A stretch of 64,000 nt of DNA from Marsupella aquatica (GCA_973895155.1 OZ316899.1:9174287-9238286); one strand, 5' to 3'. Shown: positions 11,570 through 25,383, counted from the first letter of the stretch. Numbers and translations are program-made. The notes: generated by a model not told the origin, from the sequence alone.

Positions 11570-14460
11570 AAAGCTATCCTCATGCATGCCTCTCTTTTTC
11601 AACTTCTTCCTTCACTCTTAGAAGCCTAGTGTGGCGTCTGCTAGGGCCTGATTCCCCACAATAGCCATACAGTTGATCTAGCATTTCTGAAAATTCTCTA
11701 TTCAAGTCAAACTTCCTGGAGCTATCATCGTTGAAAGTGTTGTCATTCCTAGCCAACCAGATAGCCCATAAGACTTGGTAACCCAAGAAAATAATCAGAG
11801 TGCGCTCAATATTGTGTCCCACAAAGGCCTTCATCACAGCCGGCATTCCAGCAGTAGGCCACTTAATCACATTAGGGAAAGTCCTAAACACTAAAGCCCA
11901 GCAGCAACCCGCAAACCAGCAAGTGAAAAAGAGGTGCGGAATAGTTTCAAGACTGTCAGTGCAAAGTCTGCAGTGTCCACCTCCCTTTCCAATCTTAGTG
12001 GCTCTAACGTTAGTGAAGAGCCCCTGTGCTAATATTCGCCAAAAGAATGTCATGGCTTTCATTGGAAGATCAGAAACCCATAGTGCCCTCCATAGTGAGC
12101 TCCATTTTGCTTCAATCAACTGTATATCCCAAATCCTGTTGAGTCTGACAAAGTCTGAACCTTTTGTACGCAACAATTGATATGCTCGAGCATTAGGTAA
12201 AGCAAATTTGACTGGGGGCTCTAGTTTGTTAGACCAGCGCCAGCCAATAATCCGTGAGCCCAAGTTGTGCTGGGAGTCAACCAAGCATGTGATTTTCCTG
12301 ACAAGATTGAGGCATAGCTCACGTATGCACGGATCCAATCCCCTAACTTTGTTAAGCCTTTCTTGCAATGCTCCCCGATCTTTCAAGAAAAGATTTGGGA
12401 GGTTTGTCAACTGGGGGATTGAACAGGTGCTTCACTTTGTTATATTAAACCTCTGAGGCTGATGTCAGCAATCTTCCTGATTCCAATTCTGCCACAAATC
12501 CTTACAATCCCACTAATTGTATCATTGTTAACAAATGATATCCCTCCATGCACCTGACAAGATCCTCAATGCTCCACCACGACGACACCGATTCAGTCCC
12601 TGGAGAAAAAAATAGATGCACTCTCAGTGCTTCCCATGCCTTCCATAAACTCCTTGTGTAGCTCAGCCCAAAGAAAGAACGTGGGTAGCAGAGTAGAAGG
12701 CGGTCAGAGAGTGAGTATCCATTCCTTCTGATACTTTGGCATTTCTCCATTTGGCTAGCTTCATGTTCTCCCCGTATAATTGTGTCCGTTTTGAGTCTTG
12801 GGAATCTAATGCTTTGTAGAACCATTGACATAATAAAACATTAGAGTGACTCTTAAATTCTTTGAAACCAAGACCCCCCTCCACCTTGGGCCTCGCCATC
12901 GTCCTCCAAGCGACTAGTGGAATCTTCTTGCCTCCTGTGGCATTATAGTCCCATAAGAAATCTCTGCATAATGCCACTAGCTTCCTGTCAAGAGCGCTTG
13001 AAGAGTGAAGAAACATCATGTGATAGATGGGTATCGCCTGTAGAATGTGCTTCACAAGAACAGTTCTCCCTATGAATGATAAGAACCTGGTTGACCAAGC
13101 TGAGAGCCGTGCTACTATTTTGTCTAGGCAAAACGTATGTAATTGAGAGCACTTTGATCCCCAGCCGAAAGGAGCTCCAAGGTAATGCTGCACTTCTCTG
13201 AATCCACTGATCTTACAACCAGTCGATACCAACCAACCCAGAATGTCTTTCATAGCCAAAGGAGTCACCGTCGACTTAGGCAGGTTAAGTTTGGCTCCCG
13301 ATGCTAAGTCGTAGCACTCTATGGCACTTCTTGCACTGTTGAAGTCCTCCTCCGAGGCAGGGATAAACATTCCCAAGTCGCCTGCAAAAACTCTGTAACA
13401 GACCATGAGTGATTCCGAGATTTAGATTCCTCTCAACCTGCCTTGATCAATTTCCTGATCCATAAAGTCCATGAATGGTTGAGTCGCAAAGAGGAGGGGG
13501 GAGAGGGGACAGCCCTGTCGGACCCCTCTAGGTAGTCCAATATCATTCAAAAAAAGGCTGTTAACGTGTACTTTTGAGTGCGCATTAGTTAACAAAGATC
13601 TTACTAGGCTAATGAAATGACTCCCAAGGCCTAGAAGATGCATTGCCTCCCATATGTACAAGTGGTTTACCCGATCCAAAGCCTTCTCAAAATCTAATTG
13701 TAAGAACAATGTTTCCTTTTTCTTAAAACGCACCCAATCCAGCGTTAGCCACGCTACCAAAATGTTCTCTAGAATGTGTCTCCTCGGTATGAAACCCGTT
13801 GGTTGTGGACTAATTATCTTGTGCAGAACCAGCTTGAGTCATAGCTATGATTTTGTACAAAGTATTGAGCATAGTAAGCGGTCTCCAATCCTTGAGCCTA
13901 CATTTGTCCACCTTCTTAGGAATGAGCCTGATAAAACCAGCTTTGAGACTGCTGGCCAGTTCTCCCGTTCGCCAGAAATCCAGAACCATTTCAAGTAGTT
14001 TGTCTTTAATAAAGTCCCAGCAGCACTGAAGAACCTTTGCTGGTAATCCATCTGGGCTCCGAGCTTTATCCGAAGGGAAAGACCATAAGATATCCTTGAT
14101 CTCCTCTGGTGAAGGAGGACGGTCTAAGCACAAAATTTCCCCATTCGTCAGTGCAAACCTTGTATTGGCAAAAAGTTGCCTTTGTGCTTCTCTCACTGCT
14201 TCCGATTCACTTTTGTTTAATTCTTCTTTTGCCTCGTATAGCTCTACATTTTTTTCCTCCACTTCCTTCATTATTAATTTCTCCCGTGTAATCAAAGTCC
14301 CATCTTCTAACAGAAGCGAAGTCATAGTTTCCCTTAGTCTTTTAGCTTTGAGTGTGGCAAAATAGAACTTAGACGGCTCATCCCCCTGACCAAGCCATTT
14401 AATGCTTGAAAGTCTTCAACCTTGTTGACCGTCCTCGTACTCCACCATTCTGACATGCTA
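11570..14460 (-). mobile_element. L1-clade LINE, 5'-truncated ORF2 (reverse transcriptase + zf-RVT), decayed
   Basis: KA.SPDG, LIPK...LKDWRPLTMLN, LDFEKALDRV, RGVRQGCPLSPLLF, FAGD, YLG, P..EGGLG, C.LC...ETIPHLFFTC, LWAIWLARN. No endonuclease domain seen. Confidence 0.93.
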
Positions 14461-15011
14461 CTCCATTGTGGCAAAATCTTTGAGGCTTTTCACGGTGACA
14501 GCAAACAACAAACAACAAACAACAAATAGTAAAGCTCATAACAGCAAATGTCTGCACCAAAAAAATCTTCCCTAAACCTACATCTCTCTAAAATCCATTA
14601 TTTTGAAACGCATCATAATACTAGCGCCTAACGCTAAAGTCTTGAAACAGTCCAAAAAACCCAAAACCTCATTTGAAACATCTATATGCAAAAGCATGTC
14701 CAAAAACAACAGGCGCTAGTATACAGACCTCAATAACAGACCTAAAAAAACAAAGATCAATTAAAGACCATCAGATGCCAATTGATGAAAAAATGGGAAG
14801 GGGGGCAGTCGCATTCTAATGTCACCAAATTATAATACACCCCAAGTTAAGATTCTCCTCTTCACAGAGGAAAGTATAGTAAAAAACTATGTGGACAGTC
14901 CCTCTCACTTTATAAACACCCATCAATATTACATGTGTTCACAATAGCGCCAAGCGCTATTTAGTAAAATAGCCAATATCTCTATGTAAAAACTACTCTT
15001 TTAAAGTCTAG

Positions 15012-16676
15012 CTAGCCATCAGATTCTAAATCAGTCATATCTAGTTCTGATTCTTCTTCACTACTTTGTGATCTATCAGTAGACTCAGCTTCGTCGTCTA
15101 CATACTTGCTTGGGACAATGTCATCGAAATAGCGGTTCCTCAAAAACTTCCTATCCGAGCCCCTTTTGAGCCTCAGGCCTTTACTTTCCCAAGTCAGCAT
15201 TCTCACAGAATCTGCCTTCCGAGCAGCCTTTTCTGCATAAGAAGGCAAGACAAACGGCTTCTCCGGGGTTTCTATTGCATTCCTAGCGACTTTCCTCCGT
15301 AGTTGAAAGCACTTCCAAAGATTCCACTCAGACCTGGAAAGTTGAATCCGATATCTTTAGTCGGATCCGGGAAAATGGTGGAATTTTGGAGACACTAACG
15401 TCACCCTTAAAAAGAAAAGAAAAAAGACAGGGAAGCTGAAGATCATTACTCATAAGACTCTTCACTATCCTTAGATTCAGAAGACCCAAGGTTCACAACT
15501 TTCTTGGAGGCACCATCATCTTTGGACTGTTGAGTACCATCGCCTCCATCATTGTCCTCGTCAGAATCAAAATTCAGAACAGCATGGAGTCTGTCCTGCT
15601 TCTTACTCCCCACCTGCTGGTGCAGAGGCGTGGACGTGGAGGCCTCTTTGTTCTTGAGAAGTCCAAAGAAAAATTTTGTGGCAGTGTCAAGAAACTCTTT
15701 ACAATTTTCAATCTCGACTACAAACCTCCCACAATGATCTCCAGCAACAAATGTACTTCCGGCCCCAACAGTCCAGTCCATGATAATATCCCCAAGGAGG
15801 GTAATTAATTCTAAAACTGACTACATGAAACCCACAGGCAGCCTTGAATTCCCAGCGAACGCAAGCTCGGGTAGAGGATCATTTTTTGGCATGGGAAAAC
15901 CAATGAGATTGGTTATCGAAGGATCCTCTGTATGTGAAAGAGGGAAAATTTGGGATCCTTCGGGACCCTACCTTTGGACGAAACACGCCCAAAAACATTG
16001 AGAGTAAGCGTAAAAATCTGCACATCAAATAATGTTTTGTTCAGAATAAACATCAGATACTATGTCAAGAATACAGAAACCATTCATGAAGAGGATATGC
16101 CACACTAGCGCCTGGCGCTAGCGTCACTGTCAATCTCCAAAGGAGGACACAAAACAAAAACTCTGGAATAGTGCTAGGCACTATTATACATACCTGCATA
16201 TCTGAGCGAGGCCTATACATTGGAGTGCCCATCACAACATTGTGTGTCAAGATACACTGAAATTTTTGTGAATCTTGACAAGCTGCAATGACTTCAGAGA
16301 CTTGGTCATAGTCGCCCCTATGCAAAATCGCTAGCAATCCATCATCTGCTAGGAAAGGATCCATTGTTTTGAAGAAGGCACTTGGAGTCGTATAATCTTG
16401 AAGGTTCCATTTAGGAACCTTCCTATCCACAAGTGTTGGTTTCAACCCAGTCGGAAGATATATGAAACCAGCATCAACTCCAAAAGCTCTTTCCTTTCCC
16501 CCTCAGACAACCCCTTTTGCTAGATCCCCAGACTTCACCAACTCTTTCCCCCAACCTTCAATATTTGAAACCCAATCCAACTTTTCTCCCTTGTTAAACA
16601 GGGAATCAAAACATTATGTAACACTCGACTCCACAATACAATGTCGAGTACACTTTCGTTTGAAATTCCCCACATC
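15012..16676 (-). pseudogene. 3' half of the ParB-MTase-like gene: beta-class N6-adenine/N4-cytosine DNA methyltransferase-like domain + acidic tail
   Basis: AGFIYLPTGL..PKWN (motif IV position, degenerate), FLADDGLLAI, intron 16193-16018, then RLPVGFM*SVLELITSLGDIIMDWTVGAGSTFVAGDHCGRFVVEIEN. The last segment matches the beta-MTase pattern KP..L...I...T.PGD.V.DPF.GSG.T..AA...GR.F.G.E. Confidence 0.72.
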
Positions 16677-18446
16677 CACTAGAAGAATCCGAGGTGTACT
16701 GAGACCGCAATATGTGACTCATTTTGGCTCATGTGACTTCATTGTGACTCAACGTGACTTGACCCACGCTGTGACCCTTGGAGTTGCAAAAGTTGAGACC
16801 AAAAAATGAAAGTCACTATTGATACTAGGCTTTGCAACTTGCTTGATACCCATTTGTGACTGATCTGTGACTTTATTGTGGAGTCTAGCCTTGTTTCTAC
16901 GTGACTGCAATATGACTTTAATGAGTCACATGGTAAGTAACATACATGACTTGCTCGCATTCAACAACGACTAGCGTGTGACCATTTAGTGTCACAGGAG
17001 AGACCAATGGAGACCCTGGCCCGGTCACACAACAGAACCATTTGGGACTCTATATACTCATGTTTATAACTAATAAGGTTCACATGCAAGTTGTAACCAT
17101 GACTAATGAACACAGAGGGACAGTTCATAAGGAGAGAGAGCACTCCACATTACAATACATAGAAACCTGATGTTCTAACTTTAGAAATATAACACATAAT
17201 TGAATACAAGAAATGAACATAGCATGAATGACATCCACATGAAAGAAAGCATCATATAAGCAGATCCTACATAAAACATTCATAAGAATTAAACAGAATC
17301 ACAATCTTGCTCTAAAATTTAGATCATTTGAATTCCAATGGAATAGTTTACAATGTGATCAATGTAATTCAGACAAAACAGGAACTCATAATTGATGACT
17401 GCAGGATGAGATAACTGAAAGCACATGCATGATACTATGAATCTCCAAGAGGACATGAGTCTTGTACTCCTTCTTGACATCTAAAATCTACATAACATGA
17501 CTCACACTACAAACAAATAATGGCATGACATTGTTATGGATCCTCTATGAACTTGCTTGGCCATAACACTAGTACATTTTTGGGCCTTTATCCAATGCCA
17601 TCTCCATCGGATCCCTTCACGAAAGTTGCACACTAAATTTGGTACTTCCGATGTAACCCGCTTCGTATGTTCCCATTCTCCACATATCGGACACCGACCA
17701 TCGAACAACCTTCGGACTTTCCGTTTCTCTCTACATCGGTATTTCCGAAGCAAACCATTTCGGACTATTTTGTATCCGATGCAAAGAGAGTTGGATATTC
17801 ACTTGGGTGACCTTAATCGCAAAACTTGGCGTCCGATACATATCATATCGGAATTTCCATTACCTAGAGCTTCGCAATGTGCGTAATTTATAGCATCGGA
17901 GTTTCCGATGCGTTTAGTATCGCAACATCCGTTGGATTACAGATTGGAAGGTCCAATGTTGCATGTATCGGACAATCCGATTGTTTTTATATTGGATGGT
18001 CCGAAGTGGTCGGTATCGGACATTGGATTTTTGTCATGCTTGCTGGACGAGGGGTCCGATGCGTTTAGTATAGGACTTTTCGAAGAGCAGAGTATCGGAT
18101 GTCCCGATACTGAAAGCATGGGATAATTAGGTGTTTTTCCGATGTATATTGCATTGGACTAGTAACGGACAAGGGTGATTCTTTCTTGATAGAAGAGTGG
18201 GCCTCATGGGGTTGGTATTTGAGGGTTTAGGGTTAGTTTCATGGTGAAATGGGCCAAATTGGGTTAAATTATGATTGATGCAAAAGAATGTTATATGTAC
18301 AAGCTCAAAATGTCATATTCAAAAAGGGAAACCCCCTAGTATGTACAATATGTAGTAGCCTAGGTAGCTTACTATACTAGATGGTACATATATATGCTAG
18401 TATAAAAGCTACCATGCACTACATATCTAGCTCATGCCACTAAGCT

Positions 18447-20820
18447 CTAAAAAGGTGTGTTGCGTCCCTTCTTCTTCTTTGGGCGAGAACGAGGGGGTGG
18501 TACAGGTCCAGGAACACAAGACCCCTCCTCTCTCTGGCTGCCCACAACCGTGGCAACCACCTGCTCACCAGTGGGTTGGCCTGATGCTGGCCGGGACCCT
18601 GACCCACTAGATGCACCGCTAGGATGCTGAGGTGCAACAGATGCCTCTAAACCCCCTGACACGGCAGAGTGGAAGGAGCCATCTCCCCCTCCGGTAGACC
18701 TGTGAGAGTGATGGGATGCATCCCCTGCACATGCTGTCTGTGGCCCATGCCGTGCGGTACTCCCACCAGACTCACGTGATGGCGCTCACCCCCTAGAGCC
18801 ACCATCCTCCATGTCACGACCCACTCGTCGAGAAGAGCCAGGTGTATTGGATAGTACTCCAGAGCAATGTCCTGGTCCCGCGCCACCTCTACTACCCCCT
18901 GAGGGCCCGGGCCTTGCACTCCGTGACACTCCCGACTGATGGGAGGCCACACCATGAACACCATGTGACCTACCCCTCTGTGCTGATGTGGGGGCAACAT
19001 GAGGGACTGCAGGGGTAGGGGTAACTCGGGGCACCCTCCCCGATCGCTCTGCCGCATCCTCTAAGGGCACAGACGCCTCAGAATCATCTCCCTCCTCTCC
19101 CTTGCCATCCTCTCCTTCTTCACCATCACCCTCCTCCTCACCCTCACCCTCCTCTCCCTCATCAGACCCTGTCTCCTCATCCTGCACAATACATAAGTAG
19201 GGTTAAATTGCATTTGAAAACATAGTTCCTTGAAAGCTCTCTAATATTGACCACAACCAAAAACAATTTGAACCTATATAGGGCCAATTCAACACCAATT
19301 ACCTCTCCCAGCTCCTCCTCAAGGTGGAGCTTAAGAGCTCGGGGTCCATCCCTCTTTGCTAACTCCCTCTCTGACGGCCCAATAGGTCGACCCCAGTCCC
19401 GCTCCTAACACATCACAATACCAAACGAGAAACCCATTAGCATGAAAACTAGTCTTTGCATCGGCCCAACTTTTCCCAATTCTTGTAAGGGGTCCCATGC
19501 CTTCTTAGGGTACTGAAGAATGCAAACCCATACCCCTAATTGAGTGAAAGAGCAACATTTTAAAAAACCGTTGTTCTTATGAGGGGTCCGATGCTGTTTC
19601 CAATACTTAAAGCAACGGAACAGTATCGGATCCCGGTAACCCTAAATGGCATAAAAACAGGTCCAATACTAGGTCCGATGCTAAAAGCTTCGGATGAGTA
19701 TCGGACAGAACAGTCCCGAGAGCAAAAAACATTGGGCTGAAATGGCATAAAGGCATTCGGCAGCAGAAATTGAGTCACTCTTCGCAAGAGAAGGTCAGGT
19801 GGTCGGGGGGGAGGAGCTAGGGAGGAGGGAGAAGGCACTTACGAACTCTACTTTCAGTCGATTGGAGCCTCCTTGCCCCATGCGGTGAGTGACAATGGGC
19901 CGCCCTTGGACTCGCTCCAATGCTTTGATGATGTCCTTGGGTGGCTCTTTTAATCGTACTGCTTGAGCTCCCCACTGCCGTAGGTTCTGTTGGAGGGGGA
20001 GGATGTCAATTTCCTCCCCAGCCTTCCGCTTCTCCTCTGCCAAGCTGATTTTGTGGTCCCATTGTCTCTTTTTTTGCCAGGCTCGGATTGCTAATTCCTC
20101 CTCAAGCCAAGCTGCCCACTCATCTGGGGAGAGCACATCTGGATAGCCCTGCTCCCTGACCACCTCTGAATCAATTGGCAAATCAGCAAGGTACTTCCTG
20201 AACTTCTCTCTCTGATGATTTTGCATGTCTGAAAGTGAAGTTGAAAGCCTCTTATTCAAGAACCTGTCATCAAGGGAGGCCCCATTCCTGAATCGCTCCT
20301 TCACTTGCTCTCGAATTCGACCTTTCTCCTCCTCAGTCTTCCTTCCCCAGTAATCTAATGGCCCCAAATTGGCCTTCACCACCTGCTTGAACTGGCTACG
20401 GAAGAGATTGTATCCTCTCGGCATTGGGGAGCCACCTGAGTTTAGGGCTAGCTTAGGCCTCAGAGCTCTCTCAGCTTCCTTTCGCTTTAACTCCTCCACT
20501 CTCTTCTTCTCAGCCTCCTTAGCTGCCTTGCGAAGCTTCCTCTCTCTTTTTTGGGGAGAGAGGGATTCCTCACCATCTTCCCTGCCTCTCTTTGCCTCCT
20601 TTCGCTTCTTCTTTGCAGCTTTCTCTGCAGCAATGGTTGCAGCCGCAGCTTTCTCTGCCTCAATCCTGGATCCATCAATCAAGGTCTGAAGTGGTGGCAC
20701 AACTCTCTCTGCATCCTCAGCACTTAGCCTTGCCCTACTCATAAAAATCTCCCTCATAATCTCATCATAGGGCCGAGAGGGTCCAGCCCCGTCCCCACCA
20801 CCTGATCCTCCTCCCACCAT
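18447..20820 (-). pseudogene. TnpA-like spliced gene of element C
   Basis: Exon 1 runs to 19843 (THRMGQGGSNRLKVEF|gtaagt). Exon 2 ~19405-19303; acidic/Gly-rich exon 3 ~19181-18447. Homologous to 3040-4963. Confidence 0.68.
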
Positions 20821-22164
20821 GTCTCTCTCCTTGCCCGCCAACGTCTACCTGAGCCTCCCGGCCTTGCAAAACACAGAATGCAAAGCTTGGCCCGATGCCC
20901 GGATCTTCGCATCCGCATCGGGACTTATTTTTTGAAAACAGGTCTATTGTTTCCGATACTTTATGCAACACAATGTCCAAAGCCGAAAGAATCAGACCTA
21001 CAATCGGACCTTCCAATGCGTTTTGCTTCGGACCCCTCCTTGCTTTTCTTTCTCCTGCTTTTACGATGCTGCTTCCGTTTGTTTTAGTATCGGACCCCTC
21101 GATCAGCTATAACGGATTCCATGTTTTGGTCCCATAGGAGGTCAAATCTATTTACTTTGGGTTTAGTTTGGGTGTTTGGGTTTGTATGTGGAGCATGGAA
21201 TTAAGTAATTGGGTGGGGTAATAGAAGGGAGGGTTGTAGTCACTTTTTTGTGGTCGTTTTGAATATATCCGGTTTTTTTTAGGTAACACCGTGAACGGGA
21301 TGGCATATTGTGTATATGTTACCCAGCCTCTTGCAAGTTCCTTCTTCGCAACTACAATTTTGGGGTTAGTTCATGACTTTGTATTTCCTAAGATAACTAA
21401 AATATGGTTGTGATTGCATGCTTAATTTATTGCACCCTAAATTTATAAAGCTAAGTTGTATAGTAATGTAATTATAGGGCCTTAACTCGCTCAACATTGA
21501 GTGATGGATGCAAGGATAAGTCAAGGTGTTTTGGCTAGTAAGTGGTACCTAGATTTACTCTTTTACTATAATTGATCCCAATTCTCTTTGAAGGACTTTA
21601 GGGCTTTGAGGGGTTTTGGGATTTATTGGTATAGGGTTTTAATACATAGGATATTGTTAGACATTTTTTGAGGATAATGTTAAGCCTTTGTTACACTAAT
21701 GGTTGTGATTGGATTTTATGTGCAGTACCTAGGTTTTGATCAAGGGGTAGCTAGGTTTGTTTTTTTGGGGTTGAGGGGGGTAGCTAGGTAGGGTTTTGTT
21801 CTTGGACAATGCACTATGCACAGTGTGAGACCGCGCATCCATGAGGTATGATGTAATTCCCCGACCCATCCATCCATTTTGGATTGGAACATTGAGGTCT
21901 GCTTTGGCAAGTTTGATATATCGTGTGCCAAAAGTCAGTCAAGTACTTTTTTGCATTTATGCAGCATTTGTGTAACTCATCTCCACCCTGCAGAGATTTT
22001 GGATATCCCACACCTTGTGTGTAGAGAATACAGCCCAGTAGGCACGGCAAAGCGCGGGTATCATTGAGGTAGGGCAATTGATGTTTATATATCTCTTTAA
22101 TTGTGGTTTTAAACATGATAAGTTGTTGAATCCGCCTTACATGTTGGATGTGTATGATATGTAG

Positions 22165-22394
22165 ATGTCTACATCCGATAGTTCCATGTCGGATTCAGAC
22201 TCAGACACGAGCTCGTCAGAGGGGGAGGTTCCTCCACCCCTCCTCTTGAGCGTCCTCGTGCTCCACTAGGGCCCATACCTTGCTAGTGTGTGAGATGCAA
22301 GGGACTTGTGGTCCAACATGCCTGGGAGACTTGTGAGCACATTGAGAACTATGGCCGTCATGAGGGTGATACACCAGGGTACTTGCCTAGCCAG
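22165..22394 (+). pseudogene. Ser-rich + Zn-knuckle first exon of element C
   Basis: ag|ATGTCT at 22165; PIPC*CVRCKGLVVQHAWETCEHIENYGRHEG..SQ|gtaat; one frameshift. Homologous to 6833-7066. Confidence 0.7.
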
Positions 22395-22451
22395 GTAATA
22401 TATATGTCTCCCCTTTAATTCCATTCATGAAACTCCAATTGGGCTTGCATT

Positions 22452-24755
22452 TGTTGCACACCATAGGTTTACCATAGGTTAAGTCTACCACACCTATATA
22501 ACTAAGGTTAGAACTATAACCCAAGGAGGTTATAACCCTAACTACTTAGGCAACCACCTCATGGCAACCGCCATATGTATAAAGTATTAACAATGTAATG
22601 AAGGAGAGCATTGTTAATGTGGAACACGTTATCAGCACGATTGTACTCGGTTTTTTAGCTCCCACCTCGGATGGCCCTCGAATAGGATGCCTTAGACAGG
22701 ATTCAGTTTTTCGTGGACATCCTTGAGAATCCTCATCAACCCATTGCACACACATTCAATTGCATAGGCAGACTCAATCGCATACACATTCAATTGCATA
22801 GCCATATAGATGAGCAGAAGCGAATCAGTTTAGACAATTCAAGATCAGGGCAGAGTCAAAACCATAGAATCAACTCACGAAATTTTTGACACAATTCAAC
22901 AGAGATTTTGTCCAAATTTATTTCGGCTGAGAGCAGATCGATTACTCACAAGTTTACAACCCGAAATCCTATTTAGTTCCAACATTATAGCTGAGCGAGA
23001 CAACCCTAGTCTCAATCCATCACAAATCCCGACATGACGAATAACACGATAGAAAAGTTACATTTCCAAGCTCTAGCAATCGATGGCTCCAATTACTTGT
23101 CATGGACCATCGATGCAGAGGCACATCTCACATCGAAAAACCTACAAGACACCATCCTTACGGATAATGGGCCTACCCTACAGCAGAAGGCACAAGCTCT
23201 CATATTTATACGACATCACCTTGCCGAGTCACTAAAGAGACAGTACATGAATGAGTATAATCCCCGGAAACTTTGGGATGAACTACATGCTCGATTCGAC
23301 CACACAAGAACAGTCTTCCTACCAGCAGCGAGGCACGACTGGGTGAACCTCCGGGTACAGGACTACAAGACAATTCCTGAATACAATAGCGAATTATTTC
23401 GCATTGTATCACAACTCGCGATTTGCGGCCACCCGGTTGGAGAAGAAGAACAAATCGAGAAGACCCTGTCAACATTTCATTCAATAAATTTGGTAATATC
23501 AACTCAATACCGCAATATGAGATTTACAACCTACTCAGAGTTAATTGCACACATGTTGCTTGCGGAAAAACACCAAATTTTGCTATTACAAAATACCAAA
23601 CAGAGGCCACCAGGCACCCTCCCACCAAATCCTAATCCAGAAGCTCACTTTAATGATGTGCGGAGGGGATCTGCAAGCACCTTCTGAGGGAATCGGAACT
23701 TCAGAGGACGAAATTCATATAGAGGACGAGGAAACAACTTCCAACGAGGTGGCAGAAACTCATTTCGCGGAGGACGGGGTCGGGGAAGCAGCACATTCCG
23801 CAACACCTAGACAAGGAGCAACAGTAATCAGCAGAGACAACAAAACTCCAATCGACAATACAACTCAGATAAGTCCAACACTTCACCAATCTGCAATAGA
23901 TGTGGCACTAAAGGCCACATTAGGAGAATATGCAGGGCTCCAGCCCATCTAGTCAAACTCTACCAGAAGAGTCTACACAATGATCAATATGAGGCTCATG
24001 GAGCATTCCTAGAATCCCCCGACATCCTCCCTGAAATACACCTAGCACTACAATCAGAAATGACGAAAGCGCTTGAAGGCCCCAACTACTGCATACTAGA
24101 TAGTGGAACCTCCCACTCGATACTACGGACCAGAGACTATTTTGAATACATTACCCCATCACAGAGGCGAGTCACCACAATAATGGGCAGCCACAACTTA
24201 GAAGAGGGACATGGCCCTGCGACTCTGATACTGCCAAAGGGCACAATTATCAACATTAAATCCGCAATCTTCGCTCCCAAGGCCACACGGAACCTCCTCA
24301 GCTTCAAGGACATCCGTGACAATGACCTGCACATATACACTAGCAGCCATAAATCCCAGGAAGTTCTCCAAATCGTTGCCAAAACACAGCATGGCATAGA
24401 CGTCAAGGAGACACTCACAGCTCTTCAACAGGGATTTTACGCCATTGAGATACATACATTTCATGTAGATTCACCATCACCATCCATTACTGAGATGTGG
24501 CATCGTAGACTGGGCCACCCTGGAACACAGATGTTCCACAAAATTATCAAAGACACTCAAGGCATCCCAAGAACGGTCCACCCAACCTCACTGAGAAATC
24601 CTTGTCTTGCCTGCTCACAAGGTAAACTCTCACTTAGACCAGCTCCATCAACAACAGACAGGAGAATACCTCAATTCTTGGAGAGAATCCACGCAGACGT
24701 CTGCGGACCTGTTGACCCACCTAGCGGACCATTCCGCTTCTTCATAACACTAATT
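22452..24755 (+). mobile_element. Ty1/copia Bianca-lineage retrotransposon, 3'-truncated, inside the intron between the Zn-knuckle and SET exons of element C
   Basis: Short LTR TGTTG..AACA (22452-22626); PBS CGTTATCAGCACGA (22627-22640); gag ALAIDGSNYLSW; protease ILDSGTSHSIL; GAG-pre-integrase WHRRLGHPG; integrase start FLERIHADVCGP. Confidence 0.88.
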
Positions 24756-24773
24756 TATTGTGTGCTGAAATAG

Positions 24774-25383
24774 GTGCCCCGTAGACCCCCACCTCCTTTG
24801 GTTGATGAGGCTGTGTGGCTAGAAGGATTCCTAGCAAGGGCTAGAGACTTGCTTGCAGCCCCCCTGCCCATCCTCCTCTTAGCCCCCCACCTCCTATCCC
24901 CATACATGAGCATGTAGAGGGAGAACCAGTATCTTGGCCAGAGGTTGGGACTTCAAGAGTCCTACGTACACGAGCACGGTCTCATAGACGTAGACGGCAG
25001 TACGAGCCTGTGGACCACATAGACATCCGGGAGGGGGTGTTAGGTAGTGATCGTCCTCCAACAAATGTAGATTACATTGGCATTGAGGGCCAATTTGGAG
25101 TATCCTATCTCACTGGCAGGGCTGCAGACGTTTTGAAAAACTTTTCTCCCAGTGTCTTCAAATTTCCAGATTACATTCCTATTGATGAACCTGTGGAGAT
25201 ATGGGGCCGTCCTTGGATAGTGAAGGAGTCCTCTATTGGTGCTGATATAGGATATGGTCTATATGCTTTGGATGACATTGTTGTCCCTCCAAAGCCATGG
25301 AGACGTGGCTACGATGGAGAGCACCTTTTCCCTTATATTGGGGCTGTATATAACGCAAAGAGTTGGAACATTTTGTTGTGTCA
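24774..25383 (+). pseudogene. SET exon of element C (N-terminal half of SET, truncated)
   Basis: tag|GTG acceptor. EPVEIWGRPWIVKESSIGADIGYGLYALDDI..LFPYIGAVY..WNILLCQ aligns with EEIEVWGRH*VVKSSTLGERHGYGIFSCQDI..LFPYGGPIY..WNMILVQ of element A. Confidence 0.78.

Larger units (their letters stand above)
17505..25383 (+). mobile_element. CACTA element 'C' nested in B; same layout as A; right part lost
   Basis: CACTACAAAC at 17505; TCCGAT/ATCGGA subterminal repeats; TnpA-like gene (-); Zn-knuckle exon; SET exon cut at about 25383. Confidence 0.8.
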
